From an uncultured Actinomycetota bacterium (GTDB lineage Bacteria > Actinomycetota > Actinomycetes > Mycobacteriales > Micromonosporaceae), in contig CAVTWH010000004.1 of the NCBI GenBank assembly GCA_963738365.1, positions 2,711-66,710 on the forward strand: 64,000 nt of DNA. The letters are read 5' to 3'. Position 1 is the first letter of the stretch. Every line of letters starts with the position of its first letter. The notes under the pieces are model-generated. The model ran no database searches and was not told where the DNA came from. It worked only from the letters and a program-made list of their open reading frames with translations. A program made the translations under genes and the position numbers. Below, in pieces: positions 1-9,507 of the stretch.

Positions 1-320
1 CTCACGGTACCGGCGCTGCAGCGCCGAGATCATCTGCTGGGCGGACACGCCGACAATCTAACGCCGACAGCGCCGCAGCGCGCCGGGTGCCGGCCGGCGG
101 AAGTGTGAACCGGCCGACCCGTGGCCCGGCGGATCGGGCGCACCGGCCGATCTGCCAGGCCACGGTCGGGCCGGTGCGGCCGACCGGCCGATCTCCGTGG
201 CCGGGCGTCGGAAGGTGTGCAAGCCTGGATGGAGAAAGCCCGCCGTCGGTGCGCGCCGGGCACAGGGGGTGGGCGGTGCGGTCGCTGGCGGCGGGGGTAC
301 GGCTGCAGCTGCGGCTGGGG

Positions 321-2606
321 ATGCGTACGCTGCGCGACTGGCGGCTGACGGTGGCCTGGGCCCGATCCCTGGTCCGCAGCTTCGTCACCTCCTTCGTGGT
401 GCTCTCGGTGACCTTCTGGCTGATGCCCGGCGTCACCGCGACCGGCGGCCCGTGGGCGATGGTCGGGCTGGTCATCCTGGTGGCCCTGATCGGCGCGCTG
501 CTGCGCCCGCTGCTGGTGGCCCTGGCCGTCGCCTTCGGCGGAGTGGTTGCCCTGGTCATCGGGGTGTGCCTGCAGGCGCTGGTGATGTACATCGCGCTGC
601 GGCTGGCCTCCGGCGTCACCGTGCACGGCGGCGTGCTTTCGGCGGCCGGCGTGGCCTGGGTGGCGGCGGCGCTGCAGGCGATGGTCAACTGGCTCGCCGA
701 CGCCGGCAGCGAGGACGTCTTCCTCGGTGAGGTACGCCGCCGGATGGCCCGCACGGCGGCCGGCTCGCCGGTCGTCGACCGCCCGCCCGGCCTGCTCATC
801 GTGCAGCTGGACGGGCTGGCCGCGCCGCTGCTGCGCTGGGCGGTGCAGACCGGCAACCTGCCCAACCTGCGCCGTTTCCTGCACGGCGAGCCGCTCCCTC
901 CGGGGCGCACGATCCGCCGCACCCACCCGGGCCGCCCGCCCCGCGGCACCGCCCCCGCCTCGCACCGCTTCGCCAGCTGGCACACCGGGCTGCCGTCGAC
1001 CACTCCGGCCGGCCAGGCCGGCCTGCTCTACGGCGACACCAGCCAGGTACCGGCGTTCCGCTGGTACGAGAAGCGCTCCGGCCGGCTGATGGTGGCCAAC
1101 CGGCCCCGGGACGCGGCGGTGATCGAGGCGCGGCTGGCCGCCCGGGGCGCCGGGCTGCTGACCGGTGGCGGGGTCAGCATCTCCAACATGTTCTCCGGCG
1201 GGGCGGGCATCGGCCTGCTCAACGTCAGCAGCGCGGCGCTGCCCGGCCGGGCGGTGCGCGGGTACGCGACGTTCATGGTCAACCCGTACGGGCTGGTCCG
1301 CGCCGTGGTGCTGTCGATCGGCGAGATCATCAAGGAGCTGCAGCAGGCGCGCCGGCAGAAGCGCCGCAACGTCTACCCGCGGGTCTCCCGGTTCGGCGCC
1401 TACGTGCTGCTGCGGCCGCTGTCCAACATCCTGCTGCGCGACCTCAACGTGGCGCTGATCGCCGAGCAGATGGGCAACGGCGCGCCGGCCATCTTCTGCG
1501 ACTTCGTCGACTACGACGAGGTGGCCCACCACGCCGGACCGGGCCGGCCGGAGGCGATGCAGACCCTGGAGGGGCTGGACCGGGTGCTCGGCACCCTGCA
1601 CCGGATCAGCGCCGACGCGGCCCGCGCCTACGAGCTGGTGGTGCTCTCCGACCACGGGCAGAGCCAGGGGCCGCCGTTCGCCCAGCGGCACGGCGAGCGG
1701 CTGGAGTCGGTGGTGCACCGGCTCACCGCCGGGGACAGCGCCGTGGCCGCCACCGGTGAGGTGGAGAGCTGGGGTCCGCTGAACACGCTGCTGGCCAGCC
1801 TCGCCGGCCGGCACGGGGTGACCGGGGCGGCGGCCCGCGCCTGGAAGCGCCGGGACAGCACGCTCGGCCCGGCCGACCGGGAGGAGCGGGCGGTGGCGGC
1901 CGGCGCGGAGGTGGTGGTGGTCGCCTCCGGGAACCTGGCGATGGTGTACCTGACCGAGATCCCGCACCGGGCCACCCTGGACGAGCTGCTGATCCGCTAC
2001 CCCGATCTGGTACCGGGCCTGGCCAGCCACCCGGGCATCGGGGTGGTGGTGGTACGCACCGTCGACCACGGGCCGGTGGCGATCGGCGCGGCCGGCAGCC
2101 ACCGGCTGGTCGACGGCGTGGTGGAAGGGGTGGACCCGCTGCTGCCCTACGGCCCGTTCGCCGCCCGGGACGTACTCGCCCACCAGCACCTGGACAACGT
2201 CGGTGACCTCGTGGTGATCAGCTCGTACGACCCGGTGACCGAGGAGGTGTGCGCCTTCGAGGAGCTGGTCGGCTGCCACGGCGGCCTGGGCGGCTGGCAG
2301 ACCGAGGCGGTGCTGGTCTACCCGTCCCGGTTCACCCTGCGCGAGCCGATCCTGGTCGGCCCGGACGCGGTCTACCGGGAGCTGGCCGGCTGGCTCACCG
2401 AGCTGGGGCTGCGCGAGCCGGTGGGGGCCGACGCGCAGGCGCTGCCGGCGGAGTCAGGTGACCGCCTCGTCGGCCTCCCGGCGGCGGCGGATCCAGCCGG
2501 CCAGCTGGGTGAAGAGCAGGATGAGCAGCACCGCGGCCACGATGCCCTGCCAGGGCTCGGCGAAGAGGGAGCCGCTGAGCAGGCCGATCGTGGCGTACAC
2601 CGCTGA
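321..2606 (+). CDS. membrane-anchored alkaline phosphatase / type I phosphodiesterase-nucleotide pyrophosphatase family protein
   Basis: ORF 87..2606. It has an N-terminal multi-TM segment (holin-4_2/DUF360-like), then an AP-superfamily core with FCDFVDYDEVAHHAGP and VVLSDHGQSQG. ATG 321 is the first Met ahead of the TM region. The 3-prime end overlaps the convergent dedA-like gene by 153 nt. Confidence 0.7.
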   Translation: MRTLRDWRLTVAWARSLVRSFVTSFVVLSVTFWLMPGVTATGGPWAMVGLVILVALIGALLRPLLVALAVAFGGVVALVIGVCLQALVMYIALRLASGVTVHGGVLSAAGVAWVAAALQAMVNWLADAGSEDVFLGEVRRRMARTAAGSPVVDRPPGLLIVQLDGLAAPLLRWAVQTGNLPNLRRFLHGEPLPPGRTIRRTHPGRPPRGTAPASHRFASWHTGLPSTTPAGQAGLLYGDTSQVPAFRWYEKRSGRLMVANRPRDAAVIEARLAARGAGLLTGGGVSISNMFSGGAGIGLLNVSSAALPGRAVRGYATFMVNPYGLVRAVVLSIGEIIKELQQARRQKRRNVYPRVSRFGAYVLLRPLSNILLRDLNVALIAEQMGNGAPAIFCDFVDYDEVAHHAGPGRPEAMQTLEGLDRVLGTLHRISADAARAYELVVLSDHGQSQGPPFAQRHGERLESVVHRLTAGDSAVAATGEVESWGPLNTLLASLAGRHGVTGAAARAWKRRDSTLGPADREERAVAAGAEVVVVASGNLAMVYLTEIPHRATLDELLIRYPDLVPGLASHPGIGVVVVRTVDHGPVAIGAAGSHRLVDGVVEGVDPLLPYGPFAARDVLAHQHLDNVGDLVVISSYDPVTEEVCAFEELVGCHGGLGGWQTEAVLVYPSRFTLREPILVGPDAVYRELAGWLTELGLREPVGADAQALPAESGDRLVGLPAAADPAGQLGEEQDEQHRGHDALPGLGEEGAAEQADRGVHR

Positions 2607-3038
2607 CCACAGCAGGCACGCCCAGGCGTTGGCCACGGCGAACCGGCGCCACCCGACACCCAGCACCGCGGCGGCCAGCAGCACCGGCACCCGGCCGCCC
2701 GGCACCAGCCGGGACACCAGCAGCACCGGGGTCGGGCTGGCGGACAGCCGCTGCGCCACCGGCTCCAGCCGCTGCCCGCTCTCCCGGATCAGCCGTAGCT
2801 TGCTGGCCAGCGCCACGCCGCCGGAGCGGCAGATCCAGTAGGTACCGGCGTCGCCCAGGTAGGCGCCGAGCGCCCCGGCCAGCACGATGATCAGCACCGT
2901 GTACGCCTCCCGGTGCACCGCCACCACCGCGGCGGCGCTGACCGCCGCCCCGGTGGGCAGCACTGGAATGGCGGAGCCGAGGGCGACGAGCAGGAGCAGC
3001 GAACCGGCGGCGGCGAACGCGGTGGCGAGAGTGTTCAC
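2454..3038 (-). CDS. DedA/VTT-domain family membrane protein
   Basis: ORF 2454..3188. It is a polytopic membrane protein with a DedA-like LVSRLVPGGRVP segment. Start set at GTG 3038, which overlaps the TGA of the upstream MBL gene (GTGA coupling). The upstream extension is R/P-rich and non-protein-like. Confidence 0.7.
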   Translation of the reverse strand: MNTLATAFAAAGSLLLLVALGSAIPVLPTGAAVSAAAVVAVHREAYTVLIIVLAGALGAYLGDAGTYWICRSGGVALASKLRLIRESGQRLEPVAQRLSASPTPVLLVSRLVPGGRVPVLLAAAVLGVGWRRFAVANAWACLLWSAVYATIGLLSGSLFAEPWQGIVAAVLLILLFTQLAGWIRRRREADEAVT

Positions 3039-3796
3039 GGAACGGTGGCCGGTCGGACGGTCAGCGACTCCCCGGGGTTCAGCACGTGCACGATGGTGTT
3101 CGGGCTGATCTCGGCGGCGCACTGCGCGAACCGGCGGCCGGGCGGTTCGAACAGCTCCGGGCGTATCTTGTCCAGGCCGTAGGGCCACAGCGTGCCGTAG
3201 TGGATCGGCACGGCGCTGCTGGCCGCGCTGCGCCGGACCGCCTCGGCGGCTCGGCGCGGGTCGAGGTGCCCCGGCCCGAGCGACGGCCCCCAGCCGCCCA
3301 CCGGGACCAGTGCGAGATCCAGGTGGCCCAGGTCGGTCATCCCGGCGAACAGGTCGGTGTCCCCGGCGAACCAGACGCTGCAGTCGCCCTCGACGACATA
3401 GCCGACGGCCGCCGCCCGGTGCCGTGACCAGGGGTGGCGCAGGTCGGTGTGGTTCGCCGGGACGGCCCGCACGCGCAGGTCACCGACGGTGATCTCGGCG
3501 CCGGGGGAGAGCTCGTGACAGGGCCGGCGGTGCCCGAGGGTACGCCGCACGAACGCCCCGGCGCCGTGCGGCACGACCAGCGGCACCCCGGGCAGCTGCC
3601 GGATCGAGGCCACGTCGAAGTGGTCGGCGTGCAGGTGCGAAATCAGGATCGCGTCGACCGGGCTGGGCAGCACCGGGCGGGTGCCGCGGCGACGGCGCAG
3701 GTGGGCGATGCGGTTGCCGAGGACCGGGTCGGTGAGCAGGTGCCCGCCGCCGTCGGTGATGCTCACGGTGGCATGCCCCCACCAGGTGACCTGCAC
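3035..3796 (-). CDS. MBL-fold metallo-hydrolase
   Basis: 253-aa ORF with the HxHxDH motif ([10 protein letters not shown]) and typical beta-lactamase-fold sequence. Confidence 0.8.
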   Translation of the reverse strand: MQVTWWGHATVSITDGGGHLLTDPVLGNRIAHLRRRRGTRPVLPSPVDAILISHLHADHFDVASIRQLPGVPLVVPHGAGAFVRRTLGHRRPCHELSPGAEITVGDLRVRAVPANHTDLRHPWSRHRAAAVGYVVEGDCSVWFAGDTDLFAGMTDLGHLDLALVPVGGWGPSLGPGHLDPRRAAEAVRRSAASSAVPIHYGTLWPYGLDKIRPELFEPPGRRFAQCAAEISPNTIVHVLNPGESLTVRPATVP

Positions 3797-3918
3797 GAGG
3801 CGTACCCCCTCCGGGTTGTCGCCCTCGACCTTACCCAGGGCGGGCGCCGGCCGCCGACCGTGGCGCGGCGGTTAGCATCTGCCGTACAGCCGTTTCGTCC
3901 CTGCCTGAGGAGAGCGTC

Positions 3919-5916
3919 GTGTCCGCACCCGCAGTGTCCCGTCCGGTGGCCGAGCCCGTCGTCGTGGCCGCCGGGACGACGGCCGGCGCGGCGGTGGCCG
4001 CCGCCGGGCTGCCGGCGACCGGGCCGCGGGCGGTGGTGGTGGTCCGCGACGCTGCCGGCCAGCTGCGCGACCTGGACTGGACACCCGACACCGAGGTGAC
4101 CGTCATCCCGGTCGCCCTCGACTCCCCGGACGGCCTGGCGGTGCTGCGCCACTCCACCGCGCACGTGCTCGCCCAGGCCGTGCAGGAGATCTTCCCGGAG
4201 GCGAAGCTGGGCATCGGCCCGCCCATCGAGAACGGCTTCTACTACGACTTCCAGGTGCCCCGGCCGTTCCAGCCGGAGGACCTCGACAAGGTCGAGAAGA
4301 AGATGCAGGAGATCGTCAAGTCCGGGCAGAGCTTCCGCCGTCGCCGCTTCGACTCCCTCGACCAGGCCCGGTCTGAACTGGCCGCCGAGCCGTTCAAGCT
4401 GGAGCTCGTCGATCTCAAGGGCGACGTCGACGACGCCGAGGTGATGGAGGTGGGCGGCGGCGAGCTGACCATCTACGACAACCTCGACCGGGACGGCAAC
4501 CGCCGCTGGGGCGACCTGTGCCGGGGGCCGCACCTGCCCAGCACCCGGCTGATCGGCGCGTTCAAGCTGATGCGCAGCGCCGCCGCCTACTGGCGCGGCT
4601 CGGAGAAGAACCCCCAACTGCAACGGGTGTACGGCACCGCCTGGCCGACCCGGGACGCCCTCAAGGACTATCTCAAGCTGCTGGAGGAGGCGGCCCGCCG
4701 CGACCACCGCAAGCTCGGCGCCGACCTGGACCTGTTCAGCTTCCCCGACGAGATCGGTTCCGGGCTGGCCGTTTTCCACCCCAAGGGCGGCATCATCCGC
4801 CGGGAGATGGAGAACTACTCCCGGCTGGCGCACGAGCGGGCCGGGTACTCCTTCGTCAACACCCCGCACATCAGCAAGGCCAACCTGTTCCAGACCTCGG
4901 GGCACCTGCCGTACTACGCCGAGACGATGTTCCCGCCGATGGAGATGGAGGGGGCGCAGTACTACCTCAAGGCGATGAACTGCCCCATGCACAACCTGAT
5001 CTTCCGGTCCCGTGGCCGGTCGTACCGGGAGCTGCCGCTGCGGCTGTTCGAGTTCGGCTCGGTGTACCGCTACGAGAAGTCCGGCGTGGTGCACGGGCTG
5101 ACCCGGGTACGCGGGATGACCCAGGACGACGCGCACATCTACTGCACCAAGGAGCAGATGCCCGGCGAGCTGCGCAGCCTGCTCAGCTTCGTGCTGGACC
5201 TGCTGCGCGACTTCGGCCTCACCGACTTCTACCTGGAACTGTCCACCCGGGACGATTCGCCGAAGTTCATCGGCGACGACGCCCAGTGGGCGGAGGCCAC
5301 CGAGGCGCTGCGCCAGGCGGCCGTGGAGTCCGGGCTGGAGCTGGTCCCCGACCCGGGCGGCGCGGCCTTCTACGGTCCGAAGATCTCCGTGCAGGCCCGC
5401 GACGCGATCGGGCGTACCTGGCAGATGTCGACCATCCAGGTGGACTTCAACCAGCCGGCCCGGTTCGGGCTGGAGTTCCAGGCCGAGGGCGGCCGGCAGC
5501 AGCCCGTCATGATCCACCGGGCGCTGTTCGGCTCCATCGAGCGCTTCGTCGGCCTGCTCACCGAGCACTACGCGGGCGCCTTCCCGGCCTGGCTGGCGCC
5601 GGTGCAGGTGGTCGGCATCCCGATCCGGGACGACCACGCCGACTACCTCGACGGCTTCGTGGCGCGGCTGCGCGAGCAGGGCATCCGGGCCGAGGTGGAC
5701 ACCTCCGACGACCGGATGCAGAAGAAGATCCGCACCGCCCAGCAGCAGAAGATCCCGTTCATGGCGATCGCCGGCGACGACGACGTGGCCGCCGGCACAG
5801 TCTCCTTCCGCTACCGCGACGGCACCCAGCGCAACGGAGTCCCCCTGGACGAAGCGGTCTCCCACGTCGCCGCCACCATCCGCTCCCGCACCAACACCGG
5901 CCCCTCAGCCAGCTGA
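3919..5916 (+). CDS. thrS: threonine--tRNA ligase
   Basis: 665 aa. It has a TGS-like N-terminus, class II core motifs ([32 protein letters not shown]) and a GAGGAG SD before GTG 3919. Confidence 0.97.
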   Translation: MSAPAVSRPVAEPVVVAAGTTAGAAVAAAGLPATGPRAVVVVRDAAGQLRDLDWTPDTEVTVIPVALDSPDGLAVLRHSTAHVLAQAVQEIFPEAKLGIGPPIENGFYYDFQVPRPFQPEDLDKVEKKMQEIVKSGQSFRRRRFDSLDQARSELAAEPFKLELVDLKGDVDDAEVMEVGGGELTIYDNLDRDGNRRWGDLCRGPHLPSTRLIGAFKLMRSAAAYWRGSEKNPQLQRVYGTAWPTRDALKDYLKLLEEAARRDHRKLGADLDLFSFPDEIGSGLAVFHPKGGIIRREMENYSRLAHERAGYSFVNTPHISKANLFQTSGHLPYYAETMFPPMEMEGAQYYLKAMNCPMHNLIFRSRGRSYRELPLRLFEFGSVYRYEKSGVVHGLTRVRGMTQDDAHIYCTKEQMPGELRSLLSFVLDLLRDFGLTDFYLELSTRDDSPKFIGDDAQWAEATEALRQAAVESGLELVPDPGGAAFYGPKISVQARDAIGRTWQMSTIQVDFNQPARFGLEFQAEGGRQQPVMIHRALFGSIERFVGLLTEHYAGAFPAWLAPVQVVGIPIRDDHADYLDGFVARLREQGIRAEVDTSDDRMQKKIRTAQQQKIPFMAIAGDDDVAAGTVSFRYRDGTQRNGVPLDEAVSHVAATIRSRTNTGPSAS

Positions 5917-5954
5917 TCTCCGCTGCCCGCCACGCGGCCGGGGTGATCATGGGT

Positions 5955-5990
5955 TTGTGGCTGTGTCACGGGCGGCCGAGACAGCCACAA
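5955..5990. terminator. hairpin between convergent thrS and merR-like gene
   Basis: TTGTGGCTGT (5955..5964) pairs with ACAGCCACAA (5981..5990) around a 16-nt loop. There is no clear U-tract. Confidence 0.35.
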
Positions 5991-6012
5991 GCCCAAGATC
6001 CCCGGTTGCGGG

Positions 6013-7011
6013 TCACGTGGCGAGTTGGTCGAGGTCGGGGAGGAGGAACTCCAGTTCCTCCGGGTCGGTGATGGCGGCCGCGGCGGCCTGGGCCAGCGCC
6101 AGGTGCTCGGCCTGGCGGGCCGGGTCGCCGGCTACCCGGTAGCCGCGGGCGATCGCCTCGTGGGCGTAGGCGCGGTCGAAGGGTGCCAGCCCGTGTGCGT
6201 CGACCAGGGTGAGGTAGCGCAGGCCGTGGTGCAGCGCGGGTTCGGCGCGGCCGAGGACGGCGTAGACGCGGGAGATCTGCCATTCGCCACGGGCCCAGTG
6301 CACCGGCTGCCCCACCACGCCCCAGTGGTAGCGGCTGGCGTGCGCGGCGTGCAGCATGGCGAAGTCGTCGTCGGTGCTGCGGACGGGGCGTTCCAACAGC
6401 TCCCAGACGCCGTTGAACAGCTGCGCGGCCAGCCGGCGCTCGTCGCCCGGGTCGAGCGCGGCGGTACTCAACGGCCGCCGGTCCGGTCCCTCGCTGTGCG
6501 TGTGCCCTTCCGGGTGCTCGTGCCCGTGCTCGTGGTCAGCCGGCTGGTCGTGGTCGTGCGGGTGGCCGTGGTCGTGCGGGTGGCTGGGGTCGTGCGGGTG
6601 GCTGTGGTCGTGGGGGTGGTCGTGCGGGTGGTCGTGGTCGGGGGCGTGCGTCGGGGTGGCGGTGGTTTCGGGCACGGGGGTCTCCTCGGTGTAGTGGGCG
6701 AGTCGGTGGGACTGCCGTTGCAGGCGCCAGACCTGGGCCTCCAGCTCCGCGCGGTAGCGGCGCAGCCGCTGGCGGACCTCGACCGCCGGCACCTCCAGCA
6801 GTTGCCGGATGAGGGGCAGCGGTACCTCCAGGTCACGCAGCGCCGCGATGCGCCGGGCGGCGGGTGCCTGGGCGGCGGTGTACGAGCGGTACCCGGTGTG
6901 CGGGTCGACCCGGGCCGGCGGCAGCAGGCCGATCTGCGCGTAGTGCCGCAGGGCGCCGACGGACAGCCCGGTGAGCCGGGCGAAGCGACCGATGGGCAAC
7001 AGCGCTGACAT
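6013..7011 (-). CDS. MerR-family transcriptional regulator with His-rich linker and uncharacterised C-terminal domain
   Basis: The N-terminus IGRFARLTGLSVGALRHYAQIGLL is a MerR HTH, followed by a coiled-coil. A (H-x-H-D) tract runs HDHPHDHPHDHSHPHDPSHPHDHGHPHDHDQPADHEHGHEHPEGHTH, followed by a helical domain of about 150 aa. ATG 7011 is preferred over TTG 7017. Confidence 0.85.
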   Translation of the reverse strand: MSALLPIGRFARLTGLSVGALRHYAQIGLLPPARVDPHTGYRSYTAAQAPAARRIAALRDLEVPLPLIRQLLEVPAVEVRQRLRRYRAELEAQVWRLQRQSHRLAHYTEETPVPETTATPTHAPDHDHPHDHPHDHSHPHDPSHPHDHGHPHDHDQPADHEHGHEHPEGHTHSEGPDRRPLSTAALDPGDERRLAAQLFNGVWELLERPVRSTDDDFAMLHAAHASRYHWGVVGQPVHWARGEWQISRVYAVLGRAEPALHHGLRYLTLVDAHGLAPFDRAYAHEAIARGYRVAGDPARQAEHLALAQAAAAAITDPEELEFLLPDLDQLAT

Positions 7012-7025
7012 GCGCAAAGGCTAGA

Positions 7026-7046
7026 ACTCTCGGGCTGGGCGAGAGT
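7026..7046. promoter_or_regulatory. inverted repeat ACTCTCG-N7-CGAGAGT upstream of the merR-like gene
   Basis: 7-bp perfect arms at 7026..7032 and 7040..7046, lying 15 nt upstream of the merR-like start in the 84-nt divergent spacer to the HIT gene. Candidate MerR-type operator. Confidence 0.3.
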
Positions 7047-7100
7047 CAACCCGGCCGGTCGGCTCAGCCGTCCGGGGCGCCGGACACTACGATCGCTCAG

Positions 7101-7637
7101 GTGACGTCGCCCGGGGTACCCGATGATCTGGAACGGATCTGGACGCCGCACCGGCTGGCCTACGTCAGCGGGTCGGACCGCGATGACGGGCCGGGGTACG
7201 AGACACCGGCCGGCTGCCCGTTCTGCCTCGCGCCTTCGCAGCCGGCGGAGACCAGCCTGGTGGTTGCCCGGGGCGAGCGCGTGTACGCGGTCCTCAACCT
7301 GTACCCCTACAACCCCGGTCACCTGCTCGTCTGCCCGTACCGGCATGTACCGGACTACACCGAACTGGACGCCGCCGAGGTGGCCGAGTTCGGCGCCTTC
7401 ACCCAGACGGCGATGCGGGTGGTCCGACGGGGCAGCGGTGCGCACGGCTTCAACATCGGGATGAACCAGGGCTCGGTGGCCGGCGCGGGCATCGCCGCGC
7501 ACCTGCACCAGCACGTGGTACCCCGGTGGGGCGGGGACACCAACTTCATGGCGGTGGTGGGGCGGACCAGGGTGCTCCCGCAGCTGCTGCACGACACCCG
7601 GGTGGTACTGACGAAGCTGTGGGGTGACTCACAGTAG
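7101..7637 (+). CDS. HIT-family nucleotide hydrolase/phosphorylase
   Basis: Histidine triad AAHLHQHVVPRW, in the conserved position after thrS in actinobacteria. Confidence 0.9.
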   Translation: MTSPGVPDDLERIWTPHRLAYVSGSDRDDGPGYETPAGCPFCLAPSQPAETSLVVARGERVYAVLNLYPYNPGHLLVCPYRHVPDYTELDAAEVAEFGAFTQTAMRVVRRGSGAHGFNIGMNQGSVAGAGIAAHLHQHVVPRWGGDTNFMAVVGRTRVLPQLLHDTRVVLTKLWGDSQ

Positions 7638-7671
7638 TCATCAGAATCGGGTAAAGTTTGCTTCAGGCAAC

Positions 7672-7677
7672 TAAAGT
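7672..7677 (+). promoter_or_regulatory. possible -10 hexamer (TAAAGT) for a leaderless MFS transcript
   Basis: A TAnnnT hexamer ends 6 nt before ATG 7684. There is no SD upstream. The 45-nt spacer is AT-rich, and a second TAAAGT lies at 7652..7657. Confidence 0.3.
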
Positions 7678-7683
7678 ACCCCC

Positions 7684-9441
7684 ATGGCGCAGCGCTTCGA
7701 TCGCGATCACCCCCGGTACAAATGGGTGGCCCTGTCCAACACCACGCTCGGCATGCTGCTGGCGACGGTGAACTCGTCCATCGTGATCATCTCGCTGCCG
7801 GCCATCTTCAACGGCATCGACCTCGACCCGCTCGCCCCCGGCAACGTCAGCTACCTGCTCTGGATGCTGATGGGCTTCCTGCTGGTGTCGGCGGTGCTGG
7901 TGGTGGCGCTGGGGCGCCTCGGCGACATGTACGGCCGGGTCAAGCTCTACAACTGGGGCTTCGTGATCTTCTCGCTGGCCTCGGTCGCGCTGTCGCTGGA
8001 CCCGTTCGTGCACGCGGCCGGTGCGCTCTGGCTGATCGGCTGGCGGGTGGTCCAGGCGGTCGGCGGCGCGATGATCTTCGCCAACTCCACCGCCATCCTC
8101 ACTGACGCCTTCCCGGCCCGCCAGCGTGGCATGGCGCTGGGCGTCAACCAGGTGGCCGCCATCGCCGGCTCGTTCATCGGGCTGGTGCTCGGCGGGCTGC
8201 TCGCCGAGTGGGACTGGCGGGCCGTCTTCTGGGTCAGCGTGCCGATCGGGCTGGCCGGCACTGTCTGGGCCTTGCTGTCCCTGCACGAGCTGGGCGAGCG
8301 GCGCGGCGGCCGGCTCGACTGGTGGGGCAACGTCACCTTCGCCGTCGGCCTGACCGCCCTGCTCACCGGCATCACGTACGGCATCCAGCCGTATGGCGAC
8401 CACACCACCGGCTGGACCAACCCGTGGGTACTGGCCGGTCTCTTCGGCGGCGCCGCGCTGCTCGTGCTGTTCTGCGTGGTGGAGACCCGGGTCGCCGACC
8501 CGATGTTCCACCTGGCGCTGTTCCGCGATCGCACCTTCGCCAGCGGCAACCTGGCCGGGCTGCTGGCCGCGATCAGCCGGGGCGGCATGCAGTTCATGCT
8601 GATCATCTGGCTGCAGGGCATCTGGCTGCCGCTGCACGGCTACGACTACGCCGACACCCCGCTGTGGGCCGGCATCTACCTGCTCCCGCTGACCGTCGGC
8701 TTCCTGGTCGCCGGACCGCTCTCCGGCGCCCTGTCCGACAGGTACGGCCCCCGGGTCTTCGCCGTCGGTGGCGCACTCGTGGTGGCCGCCAGCTTCATCG
8801 GCCTGGTGCTGCTCCCGGTGGACTTCCCGTACTGGCTGTTCGGTGCACTGATCGCCGTCAACGGGCTGGGTTCGGGCATCTTCTCCGCGCCCAACACCAG
8901 CGCCGTGATGGGCGCCGTCCCGGCCCACCAGCGCGGCGCGGCCGCCGGCATGCGGGGTACCTTCTTCAACTCCGGTGCTGCGCTGTCCATCGGCATCTTC
9001 TTCTCACTCATGATCGTCGGCCTGGCCGCCACCCTGCCGGACACGCTCACCAGCGGGCTGATCGCGCAGGGCGTACCCGCTCAGGCGGCCGCCCAGGTCG
9101 GTGCGCTGCCGCCGGTGGGTTCACTGTTCGCCGCGTTCCTCGGCTACAACCCGCTGGCCGAACTGCTCGGCCCCAGCGGCGTGCTGGACAGCCTGCCGGC
9201 CGCCAACCGGGCCACCCTGACCGGCAAGGAGTTCTTCCCGCACCTGATCTCCGGCCCGTTCCACTCCGGCCTGGTGGTGGTGTTCCTGGCCGCGGCGGCG
9301 ATGAGCGTCATCGCGGCGATCGCCTCCGCCTTCACCGCCGCCCCGCGCCGCCCGGTCCCGGACGAGGCGCGGGTACCGGCGGAGCGCGCCGCCGAGCCGG
9401 TGGCCACCGCTGCGGACACCGCGGCGCCGACCCGTCGGTAG
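7684..9441 (+). CDS. MFS transporter, DHA2 (14-TMS drug:H+ antiporter)-like
   Basis: 585 aa and polytopic, with MFS motif A-like GRLGDMYGR and a Pro/Ala-rich C-terminal tail. Confidence 0.9.
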   Translation: MAQRFDRDHPRYKWVALSNTTLGMLLATVNSSIVIISLPAIFNGIDLDPLAPGNVSYLLWMLMGFLLVSAVLVVALGRLGDMYGRVKLYNWGFVIFSLASVALSLDPFVHAAGALWLIGWRVVQAVGGAMIFANSTAILTDAFPARQRGMALGVNQVAAIAGSFIGLVLGGLLAEWDWRAVFWVSVPIGLAGTVWALLSLHELGERRGGRLDWWGNVTFAVGLTALLTGITYGIQPYGDHTTGWTNPWVLAGLFGGAALLVLFCVVETRVADPMFHLALFRDRTFASGNLAGLLAAISRGGMQFMLIIWLQGIWLPLHGYDYADTPLWAGIYLLPLTVGFLVAGPLSGALSDRYGPRVFAVGGALVVAASFIGLVLLPVDFPYWLFGALIAVNGLGSGIFSAPNTSAVMGAVPAHQRGAAAGMRGTFFNSGAALSIGIFFSLMIVGLAATLPDTLTSGLIAQGVPAQAAAQVGALPPVGSLFAAFLGYNPLAELLGPSGVLDSLPAANRATLTGKEFFPHLISGPFHSGLVVVFLAAAAMSVIAAIASAFTAAPRRPVPDEARVPAERAAEPVATAADTAAPTRR

Positions 9442-9507
9442 GTGGCCGGCGGGTGGCCAGTCGGCAACTGGCCCGGTGCGCTGTGCCCCAGCGTTGGACC
9501 CCGGGTA

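Noticed and set aside
870-1000. Possible compensating frameshift pair in the phosphatase-family gene, because of the odd P/R-rich segment GEPLPPGRTIRRTHPGRPPRGTAPASHRF.
   Set aside because: Translating the other two frames over this stretch gives no more protein-like sequence. I treat it as a lineage-specific loop insertion.
30-2279. Very long ORFs antisense to or out of frame with recognisable genes. Examples are 30..2279(-), 3763..5865(-), 15634..18525(-), 16659..18647(+), 39071..41563(-), 45913..47982(-), 50326..52680(-) and 53934..57071(-).
   Set aside because: Their translations are Arg/Pro/Gly/Ala-rich with no domain signatures. They overlap genes with unmistakable homology. This is the typical stop-codon-poor artefact of DNA above 70% GC.
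3797-3918. T-box or other riboswitch leaders upstream of thrS, hisS, aspS and alaS, and tRNA or small RNA genes in the larger intergenic regions.
   Set aside because: I could not recognise a specifier loop or T-box sequence, a cloverleaf, or any other known RNA signature by eye. A cmscan or tRNAscan run would be needed to exclude them formally.
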